64,000 bases of DNA, from positions 35,809 through 99,808 of the forward strand of contig JAAESD010000232.1 of NCBI GenBank assembly GCA_024229695.1, given 5' to 3'. The notes below the pieces were generated by a model. It was given only the letters and a program-made list of their open reading frames with translations. It was not told the origin of the DNA and made no database searches. The position numbers and the translations under genes are program-made. Origin of the DNA: a bacterium (GTDB lineage: Bacteria; Krumholzibacteriota; Krumholzibacteriia; LZORAL124-64-63). Below, piece after piece: positions 39,568 to 50,026 of the stretch (the first letter of the stretch is position 1; every line of letters starts with the position of its first letter).

Positions 39568-41634
39568 ATGCAACTGGACTGGCAATTTGCCTCACCCTTG
39601 AGGTTGATGCTTGTTATAGTAATAATGGCGGTGGGCTTAATAGCCCGCCGCCATTATCTGTTTACGGAGCCTTTACCCGGTTTATGGACTCGCAGGTTGT
39701 TGACTTCCATACGTGTAATTGTACTGGGAATCATAATTCTGCTGATTGCTTCGCCATCGATATTAATTACTAAAAATGAAGATATATTGCCGGAGATTGT
39801 AGTTGCTGTTGATAACTCGCTGAGTATGCAGATTGATGATAGTAAACTTGGTTCAAGGTGGGATACGGGTAAGAGATATGCGTCGATGGTTGATTCTCTG
39901 TTGGCAGACAAGCCTGTGGAAATTCACTTATTGAGTGGGAATGGTTTTGGGCAGCTGGGCAGGCTTGACGGACAACCTGAAAGTACTGGCAGTGATCTTG
40001 GACAGATGGTTGTGCAGTCAAGTAGGTACAACAGAAATATCTCTGGTGTGATTCTAGTCAGCGATGGGCATTCAACAGTTTCCAGATCAAATTTACGAAA
40101 TTCGCCGGGAGTGCAGACGGTAATTGTGGGTGTTGGTGATATTACTGGACCACCAGATCTTGTCTTGCACAATGTGAGAGTCCCTGAGATTGCGTACAGT
40201 GGCGAAAAATTAATTATAGAAGCAGATATAAGCGTCAGCGGTATCTCTGATCAGCATTTAGTGAATGTAGTGCTGAGTTGTGAAGATAAAATAGTTGGTT
40301 CTTATGATGGATTGTTGGGCTCTGGTGATATTGTTTTGCATATGGAAATTCCGTTCATTCCAGAATCGACAGGTTTGCAGTTGCTGGATCTGACTTGTGA
40401 GCCACTTGTCAACGAGCGTTTCCAATCGAACAACAAAGTGTCAGTGGCAGTTACCGTGCATCCTGGTAGGTCGAGAGTTTTAATGTTGACTAATAAGCCG
40501 GACTGGGATGCGAAGTTCATGAGTCGGGCTGCTCTGCTCGAGCATCGGTTAGAGTTGTTTGTTGCGTACAAAGCTCCATCCGGTTGGACTCTTTCCGATT
40601 CTCTGACATCGTGGGATTTACCTTCTAAAAAAGAGGATTGGTTGCAGTGGGATGGAGTGATTCTTGGCGACTATCAAGGCTCTGTCAATGGTCTTGAAGA
40701 TGCCGTTGAGGCAGGCTGTGGACTATTGGTATTAGGTGGCAACTCCAGGTTTGATTCATTGGCAGGAGTACGTTCAACTGGTGTTGTGCAAGGGGATTGG
40801 CTGTTGCGTCGAGCTGAGATTGAACAGCAGCATCCACTACTCAATGGGTTGTACGGAGTACCTTTGGATATTAACAGCCACTGGCTGTCACCGATGTCTG
40901 AAGTTGTTGGTTGTGAAACCAGTGGACAGGTACTTCTGGAGGCTGTCTGGAAACAGACTTTGCCGTTGTTGGTTGTTAATGAGAATGGCGCTGGAAGAGT
41001 GGCCTGGTTTGGAAGTAATGAATTGTGGTCGATGCAGTTCTGGCAGCCGGTTTCAGATATAACCAGTCATCCGGTTGTGAAATTGGCTCAGAATATGCTT
41101 GCCTGGGTTGCTGATGGAGATCGATCGGGCAAAATTGTACTTTCAGGTAAGCGCAATGTTTACGACGTGGGGCAGATTGTTCATATTACAGGGGTACTGG
41201 CAGATTCAGACTTAGCAGCTGTGAGTGCTCAACTGAATAATCTTGAATCAGGAAAGACCACAGAATATAGCATGTTTGGGGCAGGGGAAGGTCGGTATGC
41301 ATTGGAATTGCCTCAACTTGAACCTGGTAAGTACTCTGTTTCTGTTGATGGTGCAGAGTTGAATTTTGCGGTCGTTGAGTCTGGAGTTGAGTCTACCCAG
41401 GTTACTCAAAATGTTTCAGCCCTAAAGTCTACTGCAAGCTCTACAGGGGCTGAGTACATCAATGGGGAATCTCAGTTGCTTGTAACTGAATTGCTTGAAC
41501 AGTTCGATTTAAAATCCAGAACTGGTGTCATACGCACAAGGTATAGCCTTGGAAGTAGCTGGTGGTTGGTCGTTGGTATTGTTTTGTTATTGTCTATTGA
41601 ATGGTTTACACGTCGACGATTAGGTATGCTGTAG
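39568..41634 (+). CDS. Membrane protein with an N-terminal pair of transmembrane helices, a VWA-like domain (MIDAS-like motif DNSLS) and a C-terminal transmembrane anchor with an RRR tail (BatA-like)
   Basis: Two N-terminal hydrophobic helices precede VVAVDNSLSMQIDD (DxSxS) and ILVSDGHST. The C-terminus is GSSWWLVVGIVLLLSIEWFTRRRLG. Confidence 0.6.
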   Translation: MQLDWQFASPLRLMLVIVIMAVGLIARRHYLFTEPLPGLWTRRLLTSIRVIVLGIIILLIASPSILITKNEDILPEIVVAVDNSLSMQIDDSKLGSRWDTGKRYASMVDSLLADKPVEIHLLSGNGFGQLGRLDGQPESTGSDLGQMVVQSSRYNRNISGVILVSDGHSTVSRSNLRNSPGVQTVIVGVGDITGPPDLVLHNVRVPEIAYSGEKLIIEADISVSGISDQHLVNVVLSCEDKIVGSYDGLLGSGDIVLHMEIPFIPESTGLQLLDLTCEPLVNERFQSNNKVSVAVTVHPGRSRVLMLTNKPDWDAKFMSRAALLEHRLELFVAYKAPSGWTLSDSLTSWDLPSKKEDWLQWDGVILGDYQGSVNGLEDAVEAGCGLLVLGGNSRFDSLAGVRSTGVVQGDWLLRRAEIEQQHPLLNGLYGVPLDINSHWLSPMSEVVGCETSGQVLLEAVWKQTLPLLVVNENGAGRVAWFGSNELWSMQFWQPVSDITSHPVVKLAQNMLAWVADGDRSGKIVLSGKRNVYDVGQIVHITGVLADSDLAAVSAQLNNLESGKTTEYSMFGAGEGRYALELPQLEPGKYSVSVDGAELNFAVVESGVESTQVTQNVSALKSTASSTGAEYINGESQLLVTELLEQFDLKSRTGVIRTRYSLGSSWWLVVGIVLLLSIEWFTRRRLGML

Positions 41635-41660
41635 TTCCTCCCGGAATGTGATTTTATCAC

Positions 41661-43337
41661 TTGATTCGATCTGTTATTTGTTTCCTCTTGATTGCCAGAG
41701 TTTGCTCAGCAGTTTTGGTGCTGAACGAAGTAATGTATGACCCTGCCGGCGCTGATGCTGGTAAGGAGTTTATCGAATTATATAACAGTGGTTCTGAACC
41801 GCTGTCTCTTCTAGGGGTGCAGGTAGCTTTTGCAAATGGAGCAAATGGGCCAGACTGGCAAACACGATGGGTTGGCAGTGAGCACCATAGTATAGAGGCG
41901 GGTGGATTTTTCCTGATTGCCGATACCGGTTGGGATGGCAATGCCGATGCAATAGCAAACCTGGACCTCCAGAATGGCCCAGATGGAATAATGCTCACTC
42001 GTGAGGGTACTTATCTTGACCTCCTGGGCTATGGACCATTGCAGCATGAGGGGCTTTGTGAAGAGATTCCGCATCCAGGGTCAGGGTCTGGCAAGTCTAT
42101 AGGTAGAAAACCTGATGGTAATGATACCGATGTTAATAGCCTCGACTGGTTCATACTTGAAGAACCAAATCCCGGTTCAGAAAATTTCAGGCAGTTTTCA
42201 ATTGCATCAGTTGATTTGGAGCATTGGCCACCAGTTCTATTAATTGGTTCTGGAACAGTTGTAAGTAAAATCACTCTTTTTAATGATGGCCTTCAGAACA
42301 TTTCATCAACCAATATTCAGATTAATGCCGACGGTGTTGAAGTAGGATCAACATATATTACAGAGATTGAATCCGGTTCTTCTGCAGACGTTTATCTGAC
42401 TTGGTCTATTTCACATGCAGGTTCATATGAAATTGAACTGACATTTTCCAACAGCGAAATATCGGCAATTAATTTGGGCGTATATCAGTCCGGCTTATTG
42501 GGGTTGGTTTTATCTGAAGTGATGGCAGCCCCAGGGGCTGAAAGTTGTGAATGGATAGAGGTAGAAAACTACACTGATGAAGTCATGGATTTATCCGGTT
42601 ATCGAATTAAAGATGCAGACAACGAGTCACAACCAATACCAAATGTCTCAATTTATCCCAATCAGAAAATTATAATCGCTCAGAGTGCTGATGTTTTTAC
42701 GCAATGGTGGTTGAGTGAACAGCAAAATGGAGCGTGGCCAGATTGCAGTATGCCAGTGCTTGTTGAATTGGATGGGAGCTGGCCGACCATTAATAATTCT
42801 GCGCCGGATGATCGTAACTACGCTGATTATATCTGCCTGATGCTCCCTGAAAGAGTTGTAATAGACTGGTTGCATTTAGGGGATAGTTGGCCCATCCCTG
42901 CAGCTCGTTCTGTTGAGCGAGTTAATAGAGAACCGATTGGTGACCCAAGTTGGAACTGGCGACCATCTACTGCAACAGCACGCTCAACTCCTGGATGTTC
43001 GAATAGTGTAAGTGGTGGACCGGTTGTCCACTCAGCTGTAATTGCGAAACCAAATCCGGTCACAGATGGCGTACAGCACATATCGTTTTTTGTGAGTCCT
43101 CCAGCTACTGGATGGCAGGCGAGAATTTTTAATTTATCAGGCAAGTGTGTCAGGGAACTTGGTGGGGATCAACTTGGTGAAGGGCCCCGAGATATTTTCT
43201 GGCAAGGAAATGATGATAGTGGCAAACAGTTGTCGTCGGGAGGATATATCCTGCTTGTACAGCAGGTCAATGATTCGAATGAATTGCTTTGGTCTGACAA
43301 GCTTTTGCTGGCAATCGATTATGGCGCAATACGATGA
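41661..43337 (+). CDS. Tandem lamin-tail-domain (LTD) protein with a T9SS C-terminal sorting domain
   Basis: Two LTD-like segments are present: LVLNEVMYDPAGADAGKEFIELYNSGSEPLSLLGVQV and LVLSEVMAAPGAESCEWIEVENYTDEVMDLSGYRIKD. The C-terminus AKPNPVTDGVQHISFFV...ARIFNLSGKCVREL...GGYILLVQQ is sorting-domain-like. Confidence 0.7.
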   Translation: MIRSVICFLLIARVCSAVLVLNEVMYDPAGADAGKEFIELYNSGSEPLSLLGVQVAFANGANGPDWQTRWVGSEHHSIEAGGFFLIADTGWDGNADAIANLDLQNGPDGIMLTREGTYLDLLGYGPLQHEGLCEEIPHPGSGSGKSIGRKPDGNDTDVNSLDWFILEEPNPGSENFRQFSIASVDLEHWPPVLLIGSGTVVSKITLFNDGLQNISSTNIQINADGVEVGSTYITEIESGSSADVYLTWSISHAGSYEIELTFSNSEISAINLGVYQSGLLGLVLSEVMAAPGAESCEWIEVENYTDEVMDLSGYRIKDADNESQPIPNVSIYPNQKIIIAQSADVFTQWWLSEQQNGAWPDCSMPVLVELDGSWPTINNSAPDDRNYADYICLMLPERVVIDWLHLGDSWPIPAARSVERVNREPIGDPSWNWRPSTATARSTPGCSNSVSGGPVVHSAVIAKPNPVTDGVQHISFFVSPPATGWQARIFNLSGKCVRELGGDQLGEGPRDIFWQGNDDSGKQLSSGGYILLVQQVNDSNELLWSDKLLLAIDYGAIR

Positions 43338-44056
43338 AGGTATGGTTGTTTGTTCTGTTGGCTGTACTTGTTGGGAATGCATCTGCTGGTTTCAGAGATG
43401 CTGATCAGGGGTGGGTTATTCCTCCCGACGATTGTAGAGAGAGAAACACAGGATATTTCGGCGCAGTTTCAGTGAGTTCATTATATCAAATGCCAGAACT
43501 GCCAATGCAGTCAGTCCTGTCGGGTTGGTCTTCAGAGAAATGGCATATGGCATTCAGGTGGCACAAACTGGGAGGTGATGTATACAGAGAAGATTCGTTG
43601 TCAGTGGATATGCTGTTTGGTGGAAGTTTAAAATTTGGAATCAAAGTGGAACACGAATCGCAGCAGTTTTCAGATGTTCCAGGATGGAACACTTTATACA
43701 GTTTTGTTACTCGGTATGATTATCGTGAATCAATAACTTTAAAATCTACCACTCCGATTTCAGGGGCAATGCTTGCGACCAGAGATTATGAGCAACTATT
43801 GATGATTATACGAAGCGAGGATGTTTTATTCGCTCTGGGGATAGATGATACCAATTCTGGTGAAAAAAGTGTTAGACTTGGGCTTGATTGGTTGCTTCAT
43901 CACATGTTCCGGGTCGGAGCAATAGTTGATACAAGCTCAAGCTCTACTGGATTGACCACATCAATTAAAATCGGCAAAATTCTAACTAGAAGTTCTCATC
44001 TGGCACATCCCGAGCTTGGAATGACGCACAGGTGGCAGCTGATTATTTCAAGATGA
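43334..44056 (+). CDS. Secreted hypothetical protein (240 aa)
   Basis: A signal peptide (MKVWLFVLLAVLVGNASA) is present. The ATGA overlap with the upstream gene suggests translational coupling. Confidence 0.5.
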   Translation: MKVWLFVLLAVLVGNASAGFRDADQGWVIPPDDCRERNTGYFGAVSVSSLYQMPELPMQSVLSGWSSEKWHMAFRWHKLGGDVYREDSLSVDMLFGGSLKFGIKVEHESQQFSDVPGWNTLYSFVTRYDYRESITLKSTTPISGAMLATRDYEQLLMIIRSEDVLFALGIDDTNSGEKSVRLGLDWLLHHMFRVGAIVDTSSSSTGLTTSIKIGKILTRSSHLAHPELGMTHRWQLIISR

Positions 44057-45543
44057 TTGTTATAACAGTTTTATGCTTGTTGTGTTTCATCTCTTCAGTA
44101 TTTGCACAGGAATCTGACGAGATTGAAATGATGGTAGAGGATGGTCTGATTTCTTCGGAACAAGTAGAGGACTTGTGGTTCCAGGAGATTGATGCAAGTG
44201 CAAAATCAAATTTGTATATTAAAGCAGAACAGTTAACTGTCAGGTCATTTGGTTCAATCTATTCAGTTAGCGGCGGTCTGTATTTCAGGCAAAAATATCA
44301 GGAGCACGTTGCCAGGAGTGGCTTTGTGGCTGCTGGATTTACTGGGCTTGAACTTATAGTTGGTAAGGTGATTGCGGAGTCTGGGATGGGGTTGCTGATA
44401 GCTGATCCAGGACGCTGGCGTTCCATGAGTGCCACTTCACCTCTGGGGAAATCTGAAAAACATATCAGGGGATCCACTTCAACATCAACTCAATCAGAGT
44501 CTGATTCCTACAGCCTTGGATATCATACAAGATGGCTCAGGGGAGCAGTCATAGTTGAAGCTGATAACCTGAAAAATATATGCGGATATGTATCGACTGC
44601 TTTTGGGCCAGTCCGCTCAACTGTTACAATTTCAAAACGCAATGGCGGGCAGGGAGCTTCGGTCTTTGGAAGTATCGATTCCCCCAGTTTTACTGTTCAA
44701 TCGGAAATCGCCAGTTTCAGGCGAGGTTTATACGCGGTGTCATATGCACATTCTTCTCTATTTTCATATTCAGGGAAAAAGGGGAAACTGGAAATGTTAG
44801 CAGCAGTTAGTGAACCTGGATTTCAGTTTGATAATGGCAGAGTGCCGGTGGTTTTGCCTAGCACTGGTGGCTCCGGTTTGGCGTTGAGATGGTTCTATAA
44901 ATGCAGCTCTGATGTGAATCTTTCATCGCTGTTTGCTAGTTCCCGATCGAGGTATTTGACCGATACAGGTTATGCTGTTGCCAGAAGAACAAAAATACAA
45001 ACCGGAATCAGTTTGAAACTTGATAATGATCTCAACACAGGTGGCATGGTAGTAATAGATTATTATGGCAAGTCGGGTTGGCATAGTATTGCACAGTGGC
45101 TCCCTTATTCAAAAGAATCGGAGAATTTGCAAGTACGTTTCAGCAGTTGGGCTCAGAAATATTGGAACGATTACAGGATGAAACTTGCTGTTAAATATAC
45201 AGTTAAGGAGAATAAGTATTATTTGAATGACGAAGTTATTCCGATGGAATCAAGGATATTGTTTAATATCAGAGTAGATAAACAATCGGATAGTGGATTT
45301 GGAATAAAATTTGAGTATGGACACGCATGGGGTGACCAATTGGATATCGTGACTGTGTCAGTTCCAAGTGCAGGGCAGATGCGATCATTCCATTGGTCCA
45401 GGCGTAATGATTTATGGTTGGTCAGTCTCAATCACAAAAGTAAATCTGGAATTATTTCACTGACATTCGACAAGAGCAAAGTAGAGCCATACGGATTGCG
45501 CGATTATTCTGCTCAATTGTACTGGCAGAAAAACTGGAGATGA
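44053..45543 (+). CDS. Secreted hypothetical protein, possibly an outer-membrane beta-barrel
   Basis: A signal peptide (MIVITVLCLLCFISSVFAQE) is present. The sequence shows an alternating hydrophobic pattern and a Tyr/Trp-rich C-terminal region. The start overlaps the upstream stop. Confidence 0.5.
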   Translation: MIVITVLCLLCFISSVFAQESDEIEMMVEDGLISSEQVEDLWFQEIDASAKSNLYIKAEQLTVRSFGSIYSVSGGLYFRQKYQEHVARSGFVAAGFTGLELIVGKVIAESGMGLLIADPGRWRSMSATSPLGKSEKHIRGSTSTSTQSESDSYSLGYHTRWLRGAVIVEADNLKNICGYVSTAFGPVRSTVTISKRNGGQGASVFGSIDSPSFTVQSEIASFRRGLYAVSYAHSSLFSYSGKKGKLEMLAAVSEPGFQFDNGRVPVVLPSTGGSGLALRWFYKCSSDVNLSSLFASSRSRYLTDTGYAVARRTKIQTGISLKLDNDLNTGGMVVIDYYGKSGWHSIAQWLPYSKESENLQVRFSSWAQKYWNDYRMKLAVKYTVKENKYYLNDEVIPMESRILFNIRVDKQSDSGFGIKFEYGHAWGDQLDIVTVSVPSAGQMRSFHWSRRNDLWLVSLNHKSKSGIISLTFDKSKVEPYGLRDYSAQLYWQKNWR

Positions 45544-45650
45544 CGGCTTTGACTTCCGGTAGTAATTCAGGTAGTTTTGAGCTCTCAAGTAATCACAAAC
45601 AGTTCAAGCCATAGCCAGAATGAATATGGTATAAATAGAGGAGACAGTTG

Positions 45651-46595
45651 ATGGATCGTTTAGTAATAGCACTTGGTGGTAATGCAATAATACCTGTCGG
45701 TAAAGACGGAAGCTACAATGATCAATATCAATTGACCAAAGAAGTCATGTTGCAAATTGCTACAATTGCCGATGAAGGCAATGAAGTTGTTATGACTCAC
45801 GGTAACGGCCCAGTTGTTGGCAATATTATGTTACGGCAGGATGCTGGCTTCAAGGTACATGGAATTCAACCGATGCCTCTGTTTGTATGTGGTGCTGATT
45901 CCCAAGGTGGTATCGGCTATATGATGCAGCAGATTCTTCAAAATACATTGCTGGATAAAAATATTTCCAAACCAGTTGCATCAGTTATTACACAAGTCAG
46001 GGTTGATAAAAACGACCCCGGGTTCAGCAATCCAACAAAACCGATAGGGCCATTTTATACAGAAGAAGAAGCTAAACGGGTTATGGCTGATCATAATTTT
46101 ATTATGCGCGAGGATGCCGGCAGAGGTTGGCGCAGAGTAGTAGCAAGCCCAAAGCCATTGGAAGTTATCGAGTTTCCAGCCATCAGTGCATTAATGGATG
46201 CTGGAGTGATTGTTATTGCTGTTGGTGGTGGTGGAATACCAGTTATTTATTGTGAAGAAAATCATCTTGAGGGTGTTGACGCTGTTATCGATAAAGATCT
46301 TGCAAGTGAACTTCTTGCTGAGCTGGTTGACGCCAATGTATTGGTGATTGTTACTCAAGTAGACAAAGTATACACTGGGTTCGGCACACCTGATGAAAAA
46401 GCCATCGACAATATTACAGTTGCCGAAGCAAAAGTACTGATGGATAACGGCGAATTTCCTGCCGGTAGCATGGGGCCAAAAATTGAATCGGCAATCAAAT
46501 TTATTGAGCAAGGTGGAGACAGAGTACTGATAACTGATCCGTACAAGCTTTACGATGCAATACATGGGAAAGCTGGTACCATAATAACCCGCTGA
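45651..46595 (+). CDS. arcC: Carbamate kinase
   Basis: The conserved blocks ALGGNAI, VVMTHGNGPVVGNI and GGGIPV are present. Confidence 0.85.
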   Translation: MDRLVIALGGNAIIPVGKDGSYNDQYQLTKEVMLQIATIADEGNEVVMTHGNGPVVGNIMLRQDAGFKVHGIQPMPLFVCGADSQGGIGYMMQQILQNTLLDKNISKPVASVITQVRVDKNDPGFSNPTKPIGPFYTEEEAKRVMADHNFIMREDAGRGWRRVVASPKPLEVIEFPAISALMDAGVIVIAVGGGGIPVIYCEENHLEGVDAVIDKDLASELLAELVDANVLVIVTQVDKVYTGFGTPDEKAIDNITVAEAKVLMDNGEFPAGSMGPKIESAIKFIEQGGDRVLITDPYKLYDAIHGKAGTIITR

Positions 46596-46612
46596 TGTTT
46601 AAGGGGTGTTAG

Positions 46613-47944
46613 ATGAATGAAAAGGTTTTGGTTGTAGGTTCCGGAGGTAGGGAGCATGCAATTATCAGGCAGCTTTCGATATCGCCAGCAGAGCTGTCGC
46701 TCTATTGTACTCCGGGTAATCCAGGTACATCTGAATTGGCAACCAACATAAGTCTTGATACCGGAACCAATGATGAGATTGTAAAATTTTGTGTGGATAA
46801 CAATATTGATTTAGTAATTATAGGCCCGGAAGATCCATTGATAAACGGAATGTCAGATGCTTTGCGCAACGCAGGGATTCTTGTTTTTGGTCCAGGTGAA
46901 GCTGGCGCAAGGCTTGAAGGTGACAAGGAGTATGCCAAGGAATTAATGAAAGCTGCGAATGTCCCAACCGCATCTTATAAGCCATTTTCTTCTTATAATG
47001 ATGCTGTGAATTATATTGAATCTGCTGACTTTCCACTTGTTGTGAAAGCTTGTGGTGCTGCTCAGGGGAAAGGTGTTGCGGTTTGTGAAACTAAATCAGA
47101 AGCTGAAGAACATCTATCTATCTGCTTTAATGACAACCAGTTTGGCGATGCAGGGCAACAGATAATTATTGAGGACTGTTTAGTAGGACCTGAGCTTTCT
47201 GTTCTGGTTATTACCGATGGTGATTCATATGCACTTCTAGCACCATCGAGAGATCATAAACGAGTTGGTGAAGCAGATACGGGTCCCAATACAGGCGGTA
47301 TGGGAGCTTTTGCAACTGGTGAACTTGTTCCGGATGGTCTTGGAAAAGTGATTTGCGACCAAGTGGTTGACCCGGTTTTGGCAGAGCTTAAAAAACGTAA
47401 TATTGATTATCGAGGTGTCCTGTATGTTGGGCTGATGCTCACTGAAGATGGCCCTCAAGTTCTGGAATTCAACACTCGTTTTGGTGATCCAGAAACGCAG
47501 GTTGTGTTGCCACTCTTGAATTGTGATTTCTTTGAATTGACAAGAAGTGTTGCGCAGCACGGTTTGGCAAAATACTTGGGGCAGATTTCTGATAGCAATG
47601 CAGCTCCTTTAAATTGGCCCGGGAACGGTATTACTTTTTGGGGAAAAACAGCGATGGTTGTTGTTGGTACTGCTGCAGGTTATCCAGGCAGTTATCCCAA
47701 GGGTGACAAGATTGATTTACCTGATGACAGTGAGTTTGCGTGGATAGTTCACGCGGGCACTAAAATGGAAAATGAAAAACTGGTTACTTCTGGTGGCCGA
47801 GTTTTAGGTGCAGTAGGAATCGCAGATGAATTTACCACTGCTTCGGAAAAAGCGTATGCTTTGATATCGGAAACAAACTTTAAAGGGATGAATTACCGCA
47901 GTGACATTGGTGCGGGGTTTAATAAGGAGAATGACGATGGTTAA
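46613..47944 (+). CDS. purD: Phosphoribosylamine--glycine ligase
   Basis: The N-terminus (KVLVVGSGGREHAI) and an ATP-grasp core are present. Confidence 0.9.
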   Translation: MNEKVLVVGSGGREHAIIRQLSISPAELSLYCTPGNPGTSELATNISLDTGTNDEIVKFCVDNNIDLVIIGPEDPLINGMSDALRNAGILVFGPGEAGARLEGDKEYAKELMKAANVPTASYKPFSSYNDAVNYIESADFPLVVKACGAAQGKGVAVCETKSEAEEHLSICFNDNQFGDAGQQIIIEDCLVGPELSVLVITDGDSYALLAPSRDHKRVGEADTGPNTGGMGAFATGELVPDGLGKVICDQVVDPVLAELKKRNIDYRGVLYVGLMLTEDGPQVLEFNTRFGDPETQVVLPLLNCDFFELTRSVAQHGLAKYLGQISDSNAAPLNWPGNGITFWGKTAMVVVGTAAGYPGSYPKGDKIDLPDDSEFAWIVHAGTKMENEKLVTSGGRVLGAVGIADEFTTASEKAYALISETNFKGMNYRSDIGAGFNKENDDG

Positions 47945-48419
47945 AAGTGCAAAGACACCAAGAGTTATGATTGTGCTGGGAAGTAGTTCAGATCTTCCTG
48001 TGATTGAAGGATGTAAGAGTCTGCTGGAACGCTTTGGTATTTCTTATGGTGTTGAGGTTGCGTCGGCACATAGGCAACCAGCTAAACTGCATAGAATTTT
48101 AAATAAGTGTGATAAAAACGGGACCCAGGTTTACATTGCTGTTGCTGGTATGGCAGCTCATTTGCCTGGTGTTATGGCTTCATTGACGGACAAGCCTGTG
48201 ATTGGAGTTCCTGTTGCTGCTGGTGCACTGGCAGGAGTGGATGCATTGCTTTCAATAGCTCAAATGCCTGGTGGTGTTCCAGTTGCTACCGTTGCAATCG
48301 GTTCTTCGGGTGGTAAAAATGCGGCAGTTCTTTCTGCAAGAATCTTTGCACTAAGTGATAAAAAAATTGAAGCTGCTCTTGTTGAGTATCGGAAGTACCT
48401 TGCTAAAGGTGGCAAGTAA
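47937..48419 (+). CDS. purE: N5-carboxyaminoimidazole ribonucleotide mutase
   Basis: The blocks MIVLGSSSDLPV and AGMAAHLPGVMASLTDKPVIGVPV are present. The SD sequence aaggaga lies before the ATG at 47937. Confidence 0.9.
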   Translation: MVKSAKTPRVMIVLGSSSDLPVIEGCKSLLERFGISYGVEVASAHRQPAKLHRILNKCDKNGTQVYIAVAGMAAHLPGVMASLTDKPVIGVPVAAGALAGVDALLSIAQMPGGVPVATVAIGSSGGKNAAVLSARIFALSDKKIEAALVEYRKYLAKGGK

Positions 48420-49013
48420 TTGCACAAAACCTCTGAAAAGTCAGTAGTTGTTGATTGCTTGAATTCTGGGGGGATTGTGCTGATGTCAACAGATACAATC
48501 CCTGGATTTCATTGCCGAATTGATAAGCCAGAGGCAATTCGCAGAATCAGAAAAATAAAAGGCAGGTCGGATGATAAGCCATTTTTAATATTGGCTGAAT
48601 CTGTAGTAGCATGCGAAAAACTTGTTGGTGAGTTGAATGATAAAGCCAGGCAGTTACTTTCAAGCTGCTGGCCGGGACCTTTTACATTCATTTTGTCGTG
48701 TAATAATAATCTTGATGAAAATATTAATTCAGGCTTATCCACAGTTGCCATCAGAGTCCCTGACAACAAAGAGTTATTGAGTATTTTAGCTGAAATTGAT
48801 AGCCCACTTGTTTCAACCAGCGCAAATCGAGCAGGGGACAATCCTCTTATGTTCGAAGAGGCTGTAAATGAATTTTCCAGTGAAATCGACCATGTTTTCA
48901 CCGGCATTTCTATCGATTCCTACACATCAGGTTCTGCTATAGTTGATCTGACCGTTTGGCCACCAGAGTTGATTAGAGAAGGGCCGCAAACTCTTCCTGT
49001 ATTAGCTGACTAG
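48420..49013 (+). CDS. tsaC: L-threonylcarbamoyladenylate synthase (YrdC/TsaC/YwlC family)
   Basis: The YrdC fold motifs are present: GGIVLMSTDTIPGFHC and VSTSANRAGDNP. The start is uncertain (TTG). Confidence 0.7.
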   Translation: MHKTSEKSVVVDCLNSGGIVLMSTDTIPGFHCRIDKPEAIRRIRKIKGRSDDKPFLILAESVVACEKLVGELNDKARQLLSSCWPGPFTFILSCNNNLDENINSGLSTVAIRVPDNKELLSILAEIDSPLVSTSANRAGDNPLMFEEAVNEFSSEIDHVFTGISIDSYTSGSAIVDLTVWPPELIREGPQTLPVLAD

Positions 49014-49079
49014 CGCTCTTGACGGTTGAAGTAGTGACACATACTTTTCTCTTGTACTATACAAACAAGGTCGATTTTG

Positions 49080-49556
49080 ATGATTGTACTCTTTTTCTGT
49101 ACAGGTAACACTTGTCGCAGCCCTTTGGTTGAAGCTGTGGCGAAAAATGCGCTGAGTGCTGTTGATGTTGATTGTGTTTCAGCTGGAACACATGCATCAC
49201 CTGGGCAGAGAGCATCGAATGGTTCAATTGCTGTTGGCATGCAGAATGCAATCGATTTAACTCAGCACAAGTCACAGTTGTTAACTGCTGATTTGCTTGA
49301 AAATGTTGATTGGGTAATTGGAGTTACCAAGTCCCATCTCTGGACTTTTCGACAACAATTCCCACAGTTCTGTGGTAAGCTGGGTTTACTGGGATTACCA
49401 GGGAAACAGATTACCAAGCTATCGGAAATGTCTGGTGGCCAGGACATTGCTGACCCTTGGCAAGGCTCAATTGAGTCTTATAACAAGATGGCTGATTCAG
49501 TCATTAAATATACGAATCAGTGGGCAGAATATTTTAAGATGGAGATTGTGAAATGA
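49080..49556 (+). CDS. Low-molecular-weight protein phosphatase (YwlE-like, Cys-X5-Arg P-loop)
   Basis: The P-loop CTGNTCRS is followed by the conserved DPW near the C-terminus. Confidence 0.8.
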   Translation: MIVLFFCTGNTCRSPLVEAVAKNALSAVDVDCVSAGTHASPGQRASNGSIAVGMQNAIDLTQHKSQLLTADLLENVDWVIGVTKSHLWTFRQQFPQFCGKLGLLGLPGKQITKLSEMSGGQDIADPWQGSIESYNKMADSVIKYTNQWAEYFKMEIVK

Positions 49557-49996
49557 AAATTGCAATTGGTTGTGATCATCGAGGCGTTGATCACAAGACT
49601 ATGATAATCAATGAGTTGACAGAGCTTGGGCACGAAGTAGTTGACTGCGGCTGTGACGGTTCTGCCTCTGCAGACTACCCTGATCCAGCTTTTGCTGTTG
49701 GTAATAATGTTGCCGATGAAAAGTGTGCTCGTGGTATTTTGATTTGTGGATCCGGTATCGGTGTCAGCATCGCTGCAAACAAGGTAAAAGGTGTACGTGC
49801 TGCTCTTTGCTGGACTATTGAAATGTCAAAGACAACAAGACAACACAACGATTCCAATGTAATATGTTTCAGTGGTGATTACACATCTCCTGAAGCCGCA
49901 CTTGAAATGGCTTTGTGCTGGCTGAGTTCTGATTTTGAAGGCGGCAGACATGGTCGTCGAGTTCAAAAAATAATTGATTTTGAAAACCAGATCTAA
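49553..49996 (+). CDS. rpiB: Ribose-5-phosphate isomerase B
   Basis: The motifs MKIAIGCDHRG and ILICGSGIGVSIAANKVKGVRAA are present. Confidence 0.85.
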   Translation: MKIAIGCDHRGVDHKTMIINELTELGHEVVDCGCDGSASADYPDPAFAVGNNVADEKCARGILICGSGIGVSIAANKVKGVRAALCWTIEMSKTTRQHNDSNVICFSGDYTSPEAALEMALCWLSSDFEGGRHGRRVQKIIDFENQI

Positions 49997-50026
49997 CAGA
50001 TCTGTTCTATAACTTGGAGGAAAGAG

